Assembly: GCA_035529375.1 (NCBI GenBank)
Contig: DATKWU010000009.1
Location: 19,092 to 83,091 of the forward strand
DNA length: 64,000 bases
Source of the DNA: Patescibacteria group bacterium
Lineage (GTDB): Bacteria > Patescibacteriota > Microgenomatia > PFEM01 > JAHIFH01
Direction: 5' to 3'
Shown here: positions 26,395 through 36,072 of the stretch, in pieces
Layout: each line of letters starts with the position of its first letter
Numbering within the stretch: the stretch's first letter is position 1
Made by a program: the position numbers and the translations under genes
Notes under the pieces: generated by a model
Database searches by the model: none
What the model saw: the letters and a program-made list of their open reading frames with translations, nothing else
What the model was told of the DNA's origin: nothing

Positions 26395-28092
26395 CTAGGG
26401 TTTTAAAACTAAGATTTCAAAAGCCGGCTGGCCATCAAGGAAATTGATTGTTTCTATCTTCTGCCAGTCTTGAGAATAATTATTAGGACTGGTAATCAGT
26501 AAATAATTATTCTGCTTAAATTCTTCGGTTTGACTCTTTTCTTTGATTTCCCAATCATTTAAAAAGACAAACTTATCAAAAGCATCGACCCAGTACCAGT
26601 CAGTTTTAAAATAGCGAACCAGATTGGAATCAGATTGATATTTGGCTGGATCCCAATAAAGATAAAAGAGCAAAAATTCATGGGGCTCACCATATCTTTT
26701 GGTTATCAAAATCTTATCATAATCCCGATAATGCTCTTGAATAAAACTGGCGACTTGTTTATAGCCATACTGCCAGGACCAGGAATAATTCTGGCGATAA
26801 GTACCAAAATAGAGGCTTAAATAATTAAAGGTGAAAACAAAAATCATTAAGATAAAAAGAACAATAAAAATAGTACCTAATTTCTTTTTTTTCTGATTGA
26901 GAAATTGAGCTAATTGAAAAACCCCAAGGCCAATCAAAATCTGGGGTAAAGGCAACATGAGCGAGGCCCTTAGAACATGACTACCTCCCCGGGTGATGGC
27001 CGCCGGCAGCGGCGCCAGCAAAAGCCAAATCAAGATAACTAAAGCAAATTTCTTCTTTTTAAGAAGAGCCAAAAAGATTAAAACACCAAGACCAAGATAG
27101 AAAAAAGGCATTTCTACTGGAAACAAAACCCCATGATTGGGAACGCTAAATTGATATTGGCTTCCGCCTTCTAAAAAAAGAAAACGAGGTGAAAAATAGC
27201 CAAGATAATTAGTCAAAAAGTGAGTCGTAAAGTAAATTGGTCGATTGTAAACCAGTCGAGCCATCAGTGAAGGCAGGTTTGAATTCAAACGACTTTCAAC
27301 AATCTCGTTAATCGCCCCTTGGTCAATAATCGAAATCCAATTGGCCCGCGCCCTAGCCTCAGAGCCTAAAAGAATGGGAACCAAAGGTAAAAAGAAAATG
27401 GCCAGCAAGAGAATCGTTAAGATTAAATATTTTTTCTTTTTCGACCACCATTTTGCCCACTCTTCTTTATAAAGCCAAATTAAAGCCAAAATCATTAAGG
27501 GTGTAAAAATGCGGGCGTTATGATAAGAATAAACCGAAAGTCCCAGGCTTAAGGCGGCCAGCGGTAAAAACCAGGCTTTTTTCTGACGATAAAAAAAGCA
27601 AGCCAGGCCGGCAATAATAAAAAACACGCTTAAATTAGACTGAACCACAAATCGCGAAGAAAAAAGAGACCAAGGGCTAACGGCAAGCAAAAAGGACGCC
27701 AAAAGACTGATGCCTGGAGACAAGCCTAAACCTTGAACCAAGAAAAAACAAGCCAGGACCGAAAAGGTGCCCCAAAGGACATGAGGAAAGCGAATTCCCA
27801 ATTCATTTAAGCCAAAAACGGCAATACTGGGCAGAGAAAAGTAAAGGTTGGCTGGTAAAGGATAGTCACCGTAAGCCCGAAAATTGGCCAAAGGCAGGAA
27901 TTGTCCCCATTCATCTCTGCCGGTCTTTAAAATAGAAAAGGCATTGTAACCATGACTAACTTCATCCCAATTCAAAGCCGGCGGCATTCGCTCCAAGTCC
28001 ACCAGTCTTAATCCCAAGGCCAAAAAGAAAATCAAAATCAAAAAAAATTTGGTTTTTCTTTTCATCAACCAATCATCAATCAGTTCAAACAA
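26395..28092 (-). CDS. GT-C glycosyltransferase, PMT/ArnT-like, paralog 3 of 3
   Basis: RLVDLERMPPALNWDEVSHGYNAFSILKTGRDEWG shows the same family signature. 565 aa. Confidence 0.75.
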   Translation of the reverse strand: MFELIDDWLMKRKTKFFLILIFFLALGLRLVDLERMPPALNWDEVSHGYNAFSILKTGRDEWGQFLPLANFRAYGDYPLPANLYFSLPSIAVFGLNELGIRFPHVLWGTFSVLACFFLVQGLGLSPGISLLASFLLAVSPWSLFSSRFVVQSNLSVFFIIAGLACFFYRQKKAWFLPLAALSLGLSVYSYHNARIFTPLMILALIWLYKEEWAKWWSKKKKYLILTILLLAIFFLPLVPILLGSEARARANWISIIDQGAINEIVESRLNSNLPSLMARLVYNRPIYFTTHFLTNYLGYFSPRFLFLEGGSQYQFSVPNHGVLFPVEMPFFYLGLGVLIFLALLKKKKFALVILIWLLLAPLPAAITRGGSHVLRASLMLPLPQILIGLGVFQLAQFLNQKKKKLGTIFIVLFILMIFVFTFNYLSLYFGTYRQNYSWSWQYGYKQVASFIQEHYRDYDKILITKRYGEPHEFLLFYLYWDPAKYQSDSNLVRYFKTDWYWVDAFDKFVFLNDWEIKEKSQTEEFKQNNYLLITSPNNYSQDWQKIETINFLDGQPAFEILVLKP

Positions 28093-28732
28093 ATAAACCT
28101 AAGATTAAAATCAAGGCTAATAAAGCCAAATAATTAAAAACAAAAACGCCATCTCCTTGCAAACGAAAGAGCCAGTCGGTTATTATTTCTTTAACCAAAG
28201 CTTGTTTGTTACCGGGATAATAATTGACAATAAAACGCAAGTCAGCTTCTTTTTCCTCTTCAGAAAAAATCATTTTCCCTGATGAGTAAACATCCTGTTT
28301 GTTATAAACTATTTCAACAGCATCGTTGACATTAGATTCAGGTGACTCCAAATAAAAATAGTAGCTTTTTTCAGCGGAATCAGGAATAGGTTCAAATTGG
28401 AATTTAATTGTGCTGGGGTCGCCGATATTAAAACCATTGATTTTCAATTCTCTCAGATTCTGAGGCTGGTTAGCTTCCTGAAGATAAAAATAAACTGGCT
28501 GTTGATTTCTTAAGCTCCTGTTTTTTAAGTTAATAATGATCATCTCGAGATTATTCTTACCAGCCACAAAGGTTTGGCCGACTTGACGCTGGCCGTAGAT
28601 TTGGTAAAGCTCTTCACCTCTGGTTTGAGCAAGATCAACCCGGTGTTTGATGATAAAAACGGAAATCAAAAACAAAAAGAAGATAAAAATCACTATTAAG
28701 AAAAAGATGGCCAGCCAAATTTTTTTGTTCAT
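28085..28732 (-). CDS. Hypothetical membrane-anchored protein (single N-terminal TM + soluble domain)
   Basis: 215 aa. The N-terminal TM is IWLAIFFLIVIFIFFLFLISVFII. The soluble domain shares a short motif with ORF 15791..16909. A second hydrophobic stretch sits at the C-terminus. Confidence 0.5.
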   Translation of the reverse strand: MNKKIWLAIFFLIVIFIFFLFLISVFIIKHRVDLAQTRGEELYQIYGQRQVGQTFVAGKNNLEMIIINLKNRSLRNQQPVYFYLQEANQPQNLRELKINGFNIGDPSTIKFQFEPIPDSAEKSYYFYLESPESNVNDAVEIVYNKQDVYSSGKMIFSEEEKEADLRFIVNYYPGNKQALVKEIITDWLFRLQGDGVFVFNYLALLALILILGLFV

Positions 28733-29985
28733 GATTTTTTAAAACTTTGCCAAATCAGCCAAAAAGAAGTTCCCGCCAGAACACTATGAAATAAACTCTG
28801 TAAAAGTTGGGGGTCAAAAATTTGCCTCTGTTTTAAGATCATAAAGGGACTCGAAAGGCTTAAAAAAGAGGGATTGATTGGCGTTAATAAACCGAATGTC
28901 TGGGCGATATCATCAAAAAGAAAGACCACGCCAAAAAAAGCTAAATAAAAAATTACTTGCGGCAAGAGTGTCTTTGGTTGTTGGACTAATAAGATGGTCA
29001 AAAAAGGCAGTAACCAAACAATCCATTGAGGGTGAAAGTGACTTAAAGAAAAAATTAACAATAAAACAGTCAAGAAAACGGGAATGGTTTTTTCTCTTCT
29101 ACCCAGCCATGATTTTTGGGTAAAGAAAAACAAACCGGTCCCCAAAGCCACGAAGATAATCAGATTTTCACCAAAACCAAGACTAATTCCGGCCTGAAAA
29201 AGACGCTGGTTCAAACCCGAAAAAAGGACTGACTGGCGAAACCCGCCTGAATTGAAAAAGGGTAATAAAGTCGCTAAATAAAGACCACCTCCGGCCAGGA
29301 GAACAAAAATTATTTTCTTTAACCGACGACTGGATAAAATCGCTAGGAAGGGCAATAACAGTAAAGGATAGGTCTTAAAAGCAGCCGCCAAACCCAAAAG
29401 TAGGCCGCTGCGCCAAACTTGATTTTGATTTAAATAAGCAACTGACCACAAAACCAAAAAGGCCGGTAAAATATCAAAATTCGATAAGCCATAGAGGGTA
29501 TACCAAACGACGGGGTTAAAAAGCCAAAAAACAAAAACCTTTTTCTTTTGAGCTTCGGTCTTAAAAAAAGAAGTTAACAAAAAGGCAGTCGCCAAATCTA
29601 AAACCAGGTAAGGTAATTTCAAGATAAAAAGATAGCGAAAAAGATGAGGGTTAAAAATTTGATTTGGTCCCCAATCAAAAAGCCAGTGGACAAAATCACT
29701 GCCTAACAACGGCCGAAAAGCAAATTGAAAACTACCGAAAACAAAATAAACCAGGGGCGGATAATTAAAAGTATCAGTATAGGGCAGGCTTGAAACGTGA
29801 TTGGCCAAATACTGATAAAGATCGATCACTTTTTGGGAAAGGAAGTAAAAATGAAAATGCTGGCTTTTGATGTCCGGGTGATAGAAAAAAGGCATCATTA
29901 AAAGACGAAGAAAAAGGGCTGGGAGCAGCGCCCGGCCATAAAAGGAAGTCAAAAATTTCTTAATCTGGCTTATCACTCTAATCAT
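28729..29985 (-). CDS. Polytopic membrane protein, paralog of 34801..36072 (putative GT-C-like)
   Basis: 418 aa. The motifs FYHPDIKSQ and YPPLVYFVFG are shared with 34801..36072 (VHPDIRAID, YPPLAYLIPG). Confidence 0.5.
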   Translation of the reverse strand: MIRVISQIKKFLTSFYGRALLPALFLRLLMMPFFYHPDIKSQHFHFYFLSQKVIDLYQYLANHVSSLPYTDTFNYPPLVYFVFGSFQFAFRPLLGSDFVHWLFDWGPNQIFNPHLFRYLFILKLPYLVLDLATAFLLTSFFKTEAQKKKVFVFWLFNPVVWYTLYGLSNFDILPAFLVLWSVAYLNQNQVWRSGLLLGLAAAFKTYPLLLLPFLAILSSRRLKKIIFVLLAGGGLYLATLLPFFNSGGFRQSVLFSGLNQRLFQAGISLGFGENLIIFVALGTGLFFFTQKSWLGRREKTIPVFLTVLLLIFSLSHFHPQWIVWLLPFLTILLVQQPKTLLPQVIFYLAFFGVVFLFDDIAQTFGLLTPINPSFLSLSSPFMILKQRQIFDPQLLQSLFHSVLAGTSFWLIWQSFKKS

Positions 29986-30127
29986 TATTTTAATCTTTCG
30001 CCAATCATCAGTAAAGCCTTGATCAAAATTATCATCTAAAGCTATTGTCTGGTAAAAACTTCCCTGAATATTGAAAAGAAACTACCTCTAGAGGAGTCAA
30101 AAATTGCCTAAGTCAACCAAAATTTTA

Positions 30128-30934
30128 CTAATTTTTTCCAATTAATTTTCGCCATTTTTGCCCCAAACCAATAATTAAAGTTAACAAGTAATATTTTAAT
30201 AAGCCGTTATACTTTTTACTGCTTTCCACTAACCACTGATGGGTTATTTCAGGGAAATCTTTACCCGCCGCACCGTGGTGGTGAAGGATCTTAGCTGAAG
30301 GCAAATAATAAACAGCTAAACCGGCTTTATTTGCTTGGCGACAATAATCTAAGTCTTCAAAATAAAAGAAATATTTTTCATTTAACAAACCAATTTTTTT
30401 AATTATCTTTCGAGGAATCACCATCGCCGCTCCGGTGACCGCATCGACTTTGACTGGCTTTTTGGTTCGGGGATAATATTTTTGATAACTATCTTTTTGG
30501 CCCAACCAAAATTCTTTAATCGCCCTAAAAAGAGAAGGAAAATGATAAACAGAGGGCTGAATCGAACCATCAGGATTAATTAACTGCAAACCAGTAATTG
30601 CTTGAGGATGGTCTTGGACAAATTTGATTGTTTCTTCCAAAGTCCCTTCCAAAACTTGAGTGTCAACGTTAAGTAAAAGTAGAAACTTTCCTTGAGCCCG
30701 TTTTATCCCCCGATTAACCGCACCCGTAAAACCCCAGTTTTGATCAAGCAAGATGGCCTGGACTGTTCCTCTCTGAAGGTTTTTTTTCAAAAAATCAACA
30801 CTGCTGTCCTTTGAACCATTATCAACCACAATCACTTCCATTTTTAACCTGCCCTTATTCTTTTCAAGAGAATCAAGACACTCTTGAAGAAGTTTTTTGG
30901 TATTAAAATTGGGAATAATAATTGATAAGTCCAT
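30128..30934 (-). CDS. Glycosyltransferase family 2 (GT-A)
   Basis: LSIIIPNFNTKKLLQECLDSL...VIVVDNGSKDSS...LLLNVDTQ are GT2 signatures. 268 aa. Confidence 0.8.
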   Translation of the reverse strand: MDLSIIIPNFNTKKLLQECLDSLEKNKGRLKMEVIVVDNGSKDSSVDFLKKNLQRGTVQAILLDQNWGFTGAVNRGIKRAQGKFLLLLNVDTQVLEGTLEETIKFVQDHPQAITGLQLINPDGSIQPSVYHFPSLFRAIKEFWLGQKDSYQKYYPRTKKPVKVDAVTGAAMVIPRKIIKKIGLLNEKYFFYFEDLDYCRQANKAGLAVYYLPSAKILHHHGAAGKDFPEITHQWLVESSKKYNGLLKYYLLTLIIGLGQKWRKLIGKN

Positions 30935-30935
30935 C

Positions 30936-31796
30936 TTAAAGATTAAGAATCTTTTTATCAGAAATAATGGCTTCTTCTTGTTCTTTAAATCTCTTGGGAA
31001 TCAAGCCAGGAAGTTTAATCAAGGCCGCCAAGATAACCTTAAGATAACCCGGATTTCTTAAACGATAAAAAATGCCGGCAATGTGTTTAGGCATTAATTT
31101 CGGAGCAGTTAAGTTTTTCCAGATAAACAAAAGCTGGTTTCGTTCTTGAATCAGAGAAACATAGCTTTTTCTTAATTTCTTAAAAGTACTTTCGTGTTGA
31201 TGAGTGACTTGAGCTCGAGGATCCCATAAACACCGCCAGCCTCTTTTTTGGGCGCGGTAACATAAATCAATATCCTCCCAGTAAAATTTGAAACTCTCAT
31301 CAAAACCACCCAAACGTTTCCACATCGACTTTCTAAAGGCAGCACTCCCACCACTTGCCCAAAAAGTTTGATGAGGGGTTTTGGTTTTTCTGCCGGCGGT
31401 ATAAATAATGTAACCTTTTAAAAAATAGCCTTTGGTCCAACTAAGCTTTGGGCTGTTAGTTTCATTAAAAGAAACGGCAAAAACACTTGGATCTTGAAAA
31501 TCTTCTTTTAGGGGCTTGAGTAAATCTTTTCGGGGAACAACATCAAGATTAAGGAGAATAATAATCTCATGCTTAGCGATTTCAACTCCGCGATTAACAT
31601 TACCCGCAAAACCTAAGCGGCGGTGGGGAATCAGTTTAACTTTGGGAAAGTTTTTCTTTAAATAATCAAGACTGCCATCCTTAGAATTATCATCAGTGAC
31701 AATCACCTCATCAGCCCCAATGGCGATAATTTTTCTTAGGTTTTTTTTGAACAGATCTAAATTGTTCCAACTGGGAATGACTACGGAAAATTTCAT
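30936..31796 (-). CDS. Glycosyltransferase family 2 (GT-A)
   Basis: FSVVIPSWNNLDLFKKNL...VIVTDDNSKDGS...ILLNLDVVP are GT2 signatures. 286 aa. Confidence 0.8.
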   Translation of the reverse strand: MKFSVVIPSWNNLDLFKKNLRKIIAIGADEVIVTDDNSKDGSLDYLKKNFPKVKLIPHRRLGFAGNVNRGVEIAKHEIIILLNLDVVPRKDLLKPLKEDFQDPSVFAVSFNETNSPKLSWTKGYFLKGYIIYTAGRKTKTPHQTFWASGGSAAFRKSMWKRLGGFDESFKFYWEDIDLCYRAQKRGWRCLWDPRAQVTHQHESTFKKLRKSYVSLIQERNQLLFIWKNLTAPKLMPKHIAGIFYRLRNPGYLKVILAALIKLPGLIPKRFKEQEEAIISDKKILNL

Positions 31797-32437
31797 TTTT
31801 TTTGGGCTTTAACTGCTTTTATCATGCCAAGTAAAAAAAATTTTCTGGCGACAATTATGAGTCCTGATTTTTTTATCAGCTTTTCTAATTTTATCTGGTC
31901 AAATTTTTGAATATGCGTCCCTTTCCAAATTTTACCTCGGCTTCTGACCCAAAAAAACCAAATAATCCGGAAAAGTAGATTTTCGCTAGGTACCAGAAAA
32001 ACAACATATCCCCCTTTTTTAAGAACCCTTTTAATCTCGGCCAAAACTTTTTCCGGCTTAAAAACGTGCTCCAATACCTCAAGGGCAAAAACCGCATCAA
32101 ACTCATTATTATCAAAAGGTAAATCTTCAGCTTGAGCAACTCTAAATCTTAATTTTTTACTTCTAGCAAACTTTTTTTTGGCGTAAGCAACTGATGGAGG
32201 AAGAACGTCAATGCCAACAACTAAATCGGCTTTAGAATAATCAAGAATAACCTTAGTAAAAGTTCCATCGGCACAGCCGATATCTAAAATCTTCCCTCCT
32301 GTAGGTTTAGTTAACTCACCGACATTCTTAAATCTTCGGTAATGCCAGAACCGCTGAAAAATATTTTCTTTTATTCCTCTTTCATACCAATCAGGAGGAA
32401 TATTTTGGTGAAGCTCGGCGGCGGTTTTTGGTTTCAT
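31793..32437 (-). CDS. Class I SAM-dependent methyltransferase
   Basis: ILDIGCADGTFTKVIL...VVGIDVLPPSVAYAKKK...FDAVFALEVLEHVFKPEKVLAEIKRVLKKGGYVVFLVP are MTase motifs I-III. 214 aa. Confidence 0.85.
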   Translation of the reverse strand: MKPKTAAELHQNIPPDWYERGIKENIFQRFWHYRRFKNVGELTKPTGGKILDIGCADGTFTKVILDYSKADLVVGIDVLPPSVAYAKKKFARSKKLRFRVAQAEDLPFDNNEFDAVFALEVLEHVFKPEKVLAEIKRVLKKGGYVVFLVPSENLLFRIIWFFWVRSRGKIWKGTHIQKFDQIKLEKLIKKSGLIIVARKFFLLGMIKAVKAQKK

Positions 32438-34808
32438 AAAGAAAAAGTCCTCCTAGAATAATCAGGCTAATCAATGAAACTGCCAGTCCTATTCTAAATG
32501 ATAGAGGATCATAAATAAAGCGAATTTTATGTTTACCTGCCGGCACAAAAATTGCCCGAAAAGCAAAATTGGCACGATAAATCAGTGTTTCTTTGTCGTC
32601 TATAAAGACTTTCCAACCAGGATAAAAACTGTCAACCAAAAAAAGCCAACCTGGGTTTTCATTTTCTAATTGAATTATCTCTTGACCTGGCTCATATTCA
32701 AGCCAAACAATTTCTTCTTTTTCTTTAGGGACCTCTAATTCCTTTTCAATTTCTGATTCTGGCTCTTTTTCCAAGATAATCTCATTGCTTAAATCAAAGT
32801 CTGAACTACCTAAGAGGTTAATTATCTTTTCTGGGTCAGATTCAACCCGATAACTATAAACCATAAAAGCTCTTGGAAGACACTGGCTATTCTCTAAAAC
32901 CTCAACTGTTCCGTCTTCAAAAACTTTATTAAATTTTGCTAATTGAAACAAACTTCCTGGTTTCCCAGTTTTATCAGGGACATACCTTCCTCCTTCTTTA
33001 ATCTGTTTAACCGCTAGGATAAAACAGGTGTTGGTCAAATCGAATAACTGAGAGTCATATTTCTCAATTGCCCCGTATCGACCCATCATTCTAGCAACCT
33101 TACCTCCGTTAATAACATTAATTAACCGAGCCCATCTCTCGGGATAAACAGCATCATAGCCCGAAGCCGATTCTAACCCATAAGGCATCCACATACTAAT
33201 AGGAATCGCATCGCCGGTATTAATCCTTACCGGTTTCTTTTGTTCCTGAAGAAATTCTAAAACCGGCGTAGTTGGAAAAATTATTCTTGCTTCTGAAAAG
33301 GGAGTAAATTTCCAACCAAAACGAAAAAGCTCAAAAACAAGCAAGAAAAAAAGGAGCCAAATTGAAAGCTTTTTTAAAAAGCTAACCCTCAACAGCCATA
33401 AAAGTGCTAAAGTAGCAACCGATAAAGCAAGCGGTAAGATTAAATTTCGCAGGCTGACTTTAAGATTAACTACCTCATTTAAAGAAAAAGGCATAATTTG
33501 CCGAGAAAGAAAAATCCCAATCATCAATCCCAAAATAATCAGACCAAAAACTAGCGGAATCCTCGCGATTCGAATTTTCTTTTTTTCACTAACAATTGAT
33601 TCAACCGCCAGCGCAGCTAAGACTGCAATAGAAAAATTAGTCAAACAAAGAATTCTTGTTGCCGTTGCTGCTTTTAAACCTAAAAAACCCAAATTACTAA
33701 CGACCTTAGCAATTGGTGTGGGCAAAGCTAGGATAAGAGAACCAATAAACAACCCACCAAAGAAATAAACTAACCTTTTTCTTTGACTTCTAAAAACAAC
33801 CACCATTGCTAAAATCAAGCCAATTATTCCCGAATAGCCAACCCCATTGGTATAATTTCCCGGACCCCAATAGTTATAAGTAGCTGGATTACCAAAAAAA
33901 TCAGGCGCAATTAAGGTAATCAGTTGCTGCCAAGGTAAAAAAGCAACCTCAAGCCCCCCCGAAACTCCTTCTTCCACTCGCTGGGAGAGAGAAAATAATT
34001 CCCAGCCAGGGATTAGCTGAACCGCACTGAGAGTTAAACCCAATAAAACCAATATTCCCAAAATCAGATGTGTTTTAATCGAATCCCGGTTAAAAATCTT
34101 GAAATCAAGCCTAAACCAAAAATAGAACAAAAGTAAGGCTAAAGTATAAATAACCACCTGGGGATAACCCATAAAAATCTGAAGAGATAAAGCCAAACTT
34201 AAGAACAGTCCCCAAATCAGCTGTTTCTTCTCTAACCATCTATCTAATAAAAACAAAAGTAGCGGAATAAAAACAATAACATAACCATGAATATTATATT
34301 CCAGCCAAATCAAGGAGAATCCAGAAAAAGCAAAAATCATTCCTCCAAAAATCGAGGCAATTTTGGTCAACTTCAAATTTCTTAGGAACAAATAGGTAAA
34401 AATAGCAATTAATAAGGGTTGGAGTACTGTTTGCCATGCCCAGGCGTAAGGCTTAGACAAGAACAGATAAAACAAATTAGTCGGATTTAAAGCTCCGCTC
34501 TGAAAGTTGGCTAACAAAGGATAACCACCAAATTGCAAGGGGTTCCATAAAGGCAATTTTCCCTGTCTAAACAAGTCAGCTATAAAACTCTTGAGTGGAT
34601 AGAAAAGCGAAGGAACATCAGCTAAGAGCGGATTTTTAACCGGAACGCCAGTAGGAAATCCCCAATTGTAATCGAGCCAAGGATAATAGACACCAACAAT
34701 AAAATCAGCTGGAAAAGGAATTAATCCCTTGAAGAAGAACTTCCAGAAAAAGACGATTATCAAGAACGCAATTAAAATAATCGGCCAAAACTTTTTAATC
34801 TTAGACAT
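32391..34808 (-). CDS. yfhO: YfhO-family membrane protein (GT-C-like glycosyltransferase)
   Basis: 805 aa. The hallmark N-terminal region LFYPLKSFIADLFRQGKLPLWNPLQFGGYPLLANFQSGALNPTNLFY matches the YfhO family, followed by about 12 TM and a large C-terminal soluble domain. Confidence 0.75.
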   Translation of the reverse strand: MSKIKKFWPIILIAFLIIVFFWKFFFKGLIPFPADFIVGVYYPWLDYNWGFPTGVPVKNPLLADVPSLFYPLKSFIADLFRQGKLPLWNPLQFGGYPLLANFQSGALNPTNLFYLFLSKPYAWAWQTVLQPLLIAIFTYLFLRNLKLTKIASIFGGMIFAFSGFSLIWLEYNIHGYVIVFIPLLLFLLDRWLEKKQLIWGLFLSLALSLQIFMGYPQVVIYTLALLLFYFWFRLDFKIFNRDSIKTHLILGILVLLGLTLSAVQLIPGWELFSLSQRVEEGVSGGLEVAFLPWQQLITLIAPDFFGNPATYNYWGPGNYTNGVGYSGIIGLILAMVVVFRSQRKRLVYFFGGLFIGSLILALPTPIAKVVSNLGFLGLKAATATRILCLTNFSIAVLAALAVESIVSEKKKIRIARIPLVFGLIILGLMIGIFLSRQIMPFSLNEVVNLKVSLRNLILPLALSVATLALLWLLRVSFLKKLSIWLLFFLLVFELFRFGWKFTPFSEARIIFPTTPVLEFLQEQKKPVRINTGDAIPISMWMPYGLESASGYDAVYPERWARLINVINGGKVARMMGRYGAIEKYDSQLFDLTNTCFILAVKQIKEGGRYVPDKTGKPGSLFQLAKFNKVFEDGTVEVLENSQCLPRAFMVYSYRVESDPEKIINLLGSSDFDLSNEIILEKEPESEIEKELEVPKEKEEIVWLEYEPGQEIIQLENENPGWLFLVDSFYPGWKVFIDDKETLIYRANFAFRAIFVPAGKHKIRFIYDPLSFRIGLAVSLISLIILGGLFLYETKNRRRASPKYSS

Positions 34809-36072
34809 TCTTTTTCTCGGAGAGCAGTTGCCAGGCTAAAATAATAGCGGTAGCTGCAAATAAAGACCGGAGCAGGCTTTTAAGAGTAAAAATGTCGGTC
34901 ATGCTTGATAACCAACTAGTCAGAGAACCAAATTCAGCCAGAGAAGGGGAAACTGGAGCCAGCAAACCCAAATGAAGCGAGGGTTCAAAAAAGAATAATA
35001 AAGCCAGATAACAGCCGAAGAGAATCCCAATTTGAACAAAATATTTTCTGCCCTTATCAATCACCAGCCAAATTAAAAAGGGGGTTAACCATAAAAACCA
35101 TTGGGGGTGGTAATGAGTCACCGAGAAAAAAAGAAGCATTAAAGTCAGACCTATTTGCCAAAGAGCTTCTTTTTTACCAGTCAGTTTATTAGCCAAAAAT
35201 AGCAAGAGAAAATAACCAAGAGCAAAAATTGAGAGATATTCTGCCCCTGACAAAGGCAATTTCATGTAAAGCATTTTTTCTGTTTGACTGGCCAAAAAGG
35301 CTGACTGCCGATACATTGGTGAAAAAAGAAAATAGGGAATAACAATCACTAAATAAGGGGCGGCGCCAATGACCAGGAGTTTAATTCGCCGCCAAAATCC
35401 TTTTTCCAAAACCAAAGCAAAAATAGGCAAAAAGAGTAAGGGGACTAACTTAAAGGCGCCACCAAGACCTAACATTAAAACCGACCATTCTTTTCTTTCT
35501 TTAAAGGCAAAGAAAATCGCGGCCACGATCATTAAGGTCGGGAAAATATCTATCTGGCCCATGGCAAAAGTAGCATAAAGAGTTAAAGGATTAACCATCC
35601 ATAATTTAAAAGCAATTTCTGCCTTTTTTTGAGTAAACAACCGATAAAGCAAAAAAGCTAACAGGAAATCAAAAAGAAGGTAGGGCAACTTAAGTAAAAA
35701 GAGAGTCTTAAATAAAATCACGGCGTGATAAGTAGCTCCCATATCTAAGAGAAAGAGGTTATTAAAAGAAAAATTATATAAAGGACCTAAGAGAAACATG
35801 AAGACACCAGGAATTAAATAGGCTAAAGGAGGATAGATAAACAAATCTGACCCATAAATTGTGACAAATAAATTACCGGGGTCTAATCGAGAAAGGTGGT
35901 CATAAAAAGTCAGCCATTCCCCTTTTTGAGAGATCAGATAGGCGCCAAAATCAATGGCGCGAATATCGGGGTGAACCGTTAAAGGCATTAAGATCAATCT
36001 TAAAGCCAAACCAATTAAAATCCATTTGAGAAAAAACTTTTTCATTGAGCTAATTTTACTATTTCCTGGCAA
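34801..36072 (-). CDS. Polytopic membrane protein, paralog of 28729..29985 (putative GT-C-like)
   Basis: 423 aa. See the shared motifs listed for 28729..29985. Confidence 0.5.
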   Translation of the reverse strand: MPGNSKISSMKKFFLKWILIGLALRLILMPLTVHPDIRAIDFGAYLISQKGEWLTFYDHLSRLDPGNLFVTIYGSDLFIYPPLAYLIPGVFMFLLGPLYNFSFNNLFLLDMGATYHAVILFKTLFLLKLPYLLFDFLLAFLLYRLFTQKKAEIAFKLWMVNPLTLYATFAMGQIDIFPTLMIVAAIFFAFKERKEWSVLMLGLGGAFKLVPLLFLPIFALVLEKGFWRRIKLLVIGAAPYLVIVIPYFLFSPMYRQSAFLASQTEKMLYMKLPLSGAEYLSIFALGYFLLLFLANKLTGKKEALWQIGLTLMLLFFSVTHYHPQWFLWLTPFLIWLVIDKGRKYFVQIGILFGCYLALLFFFEPSLHLGLLAPVSPSLAEFGSLTSWLSSMTDIFTLKSLLRSLFAATAIILAWQLLSEKKNV

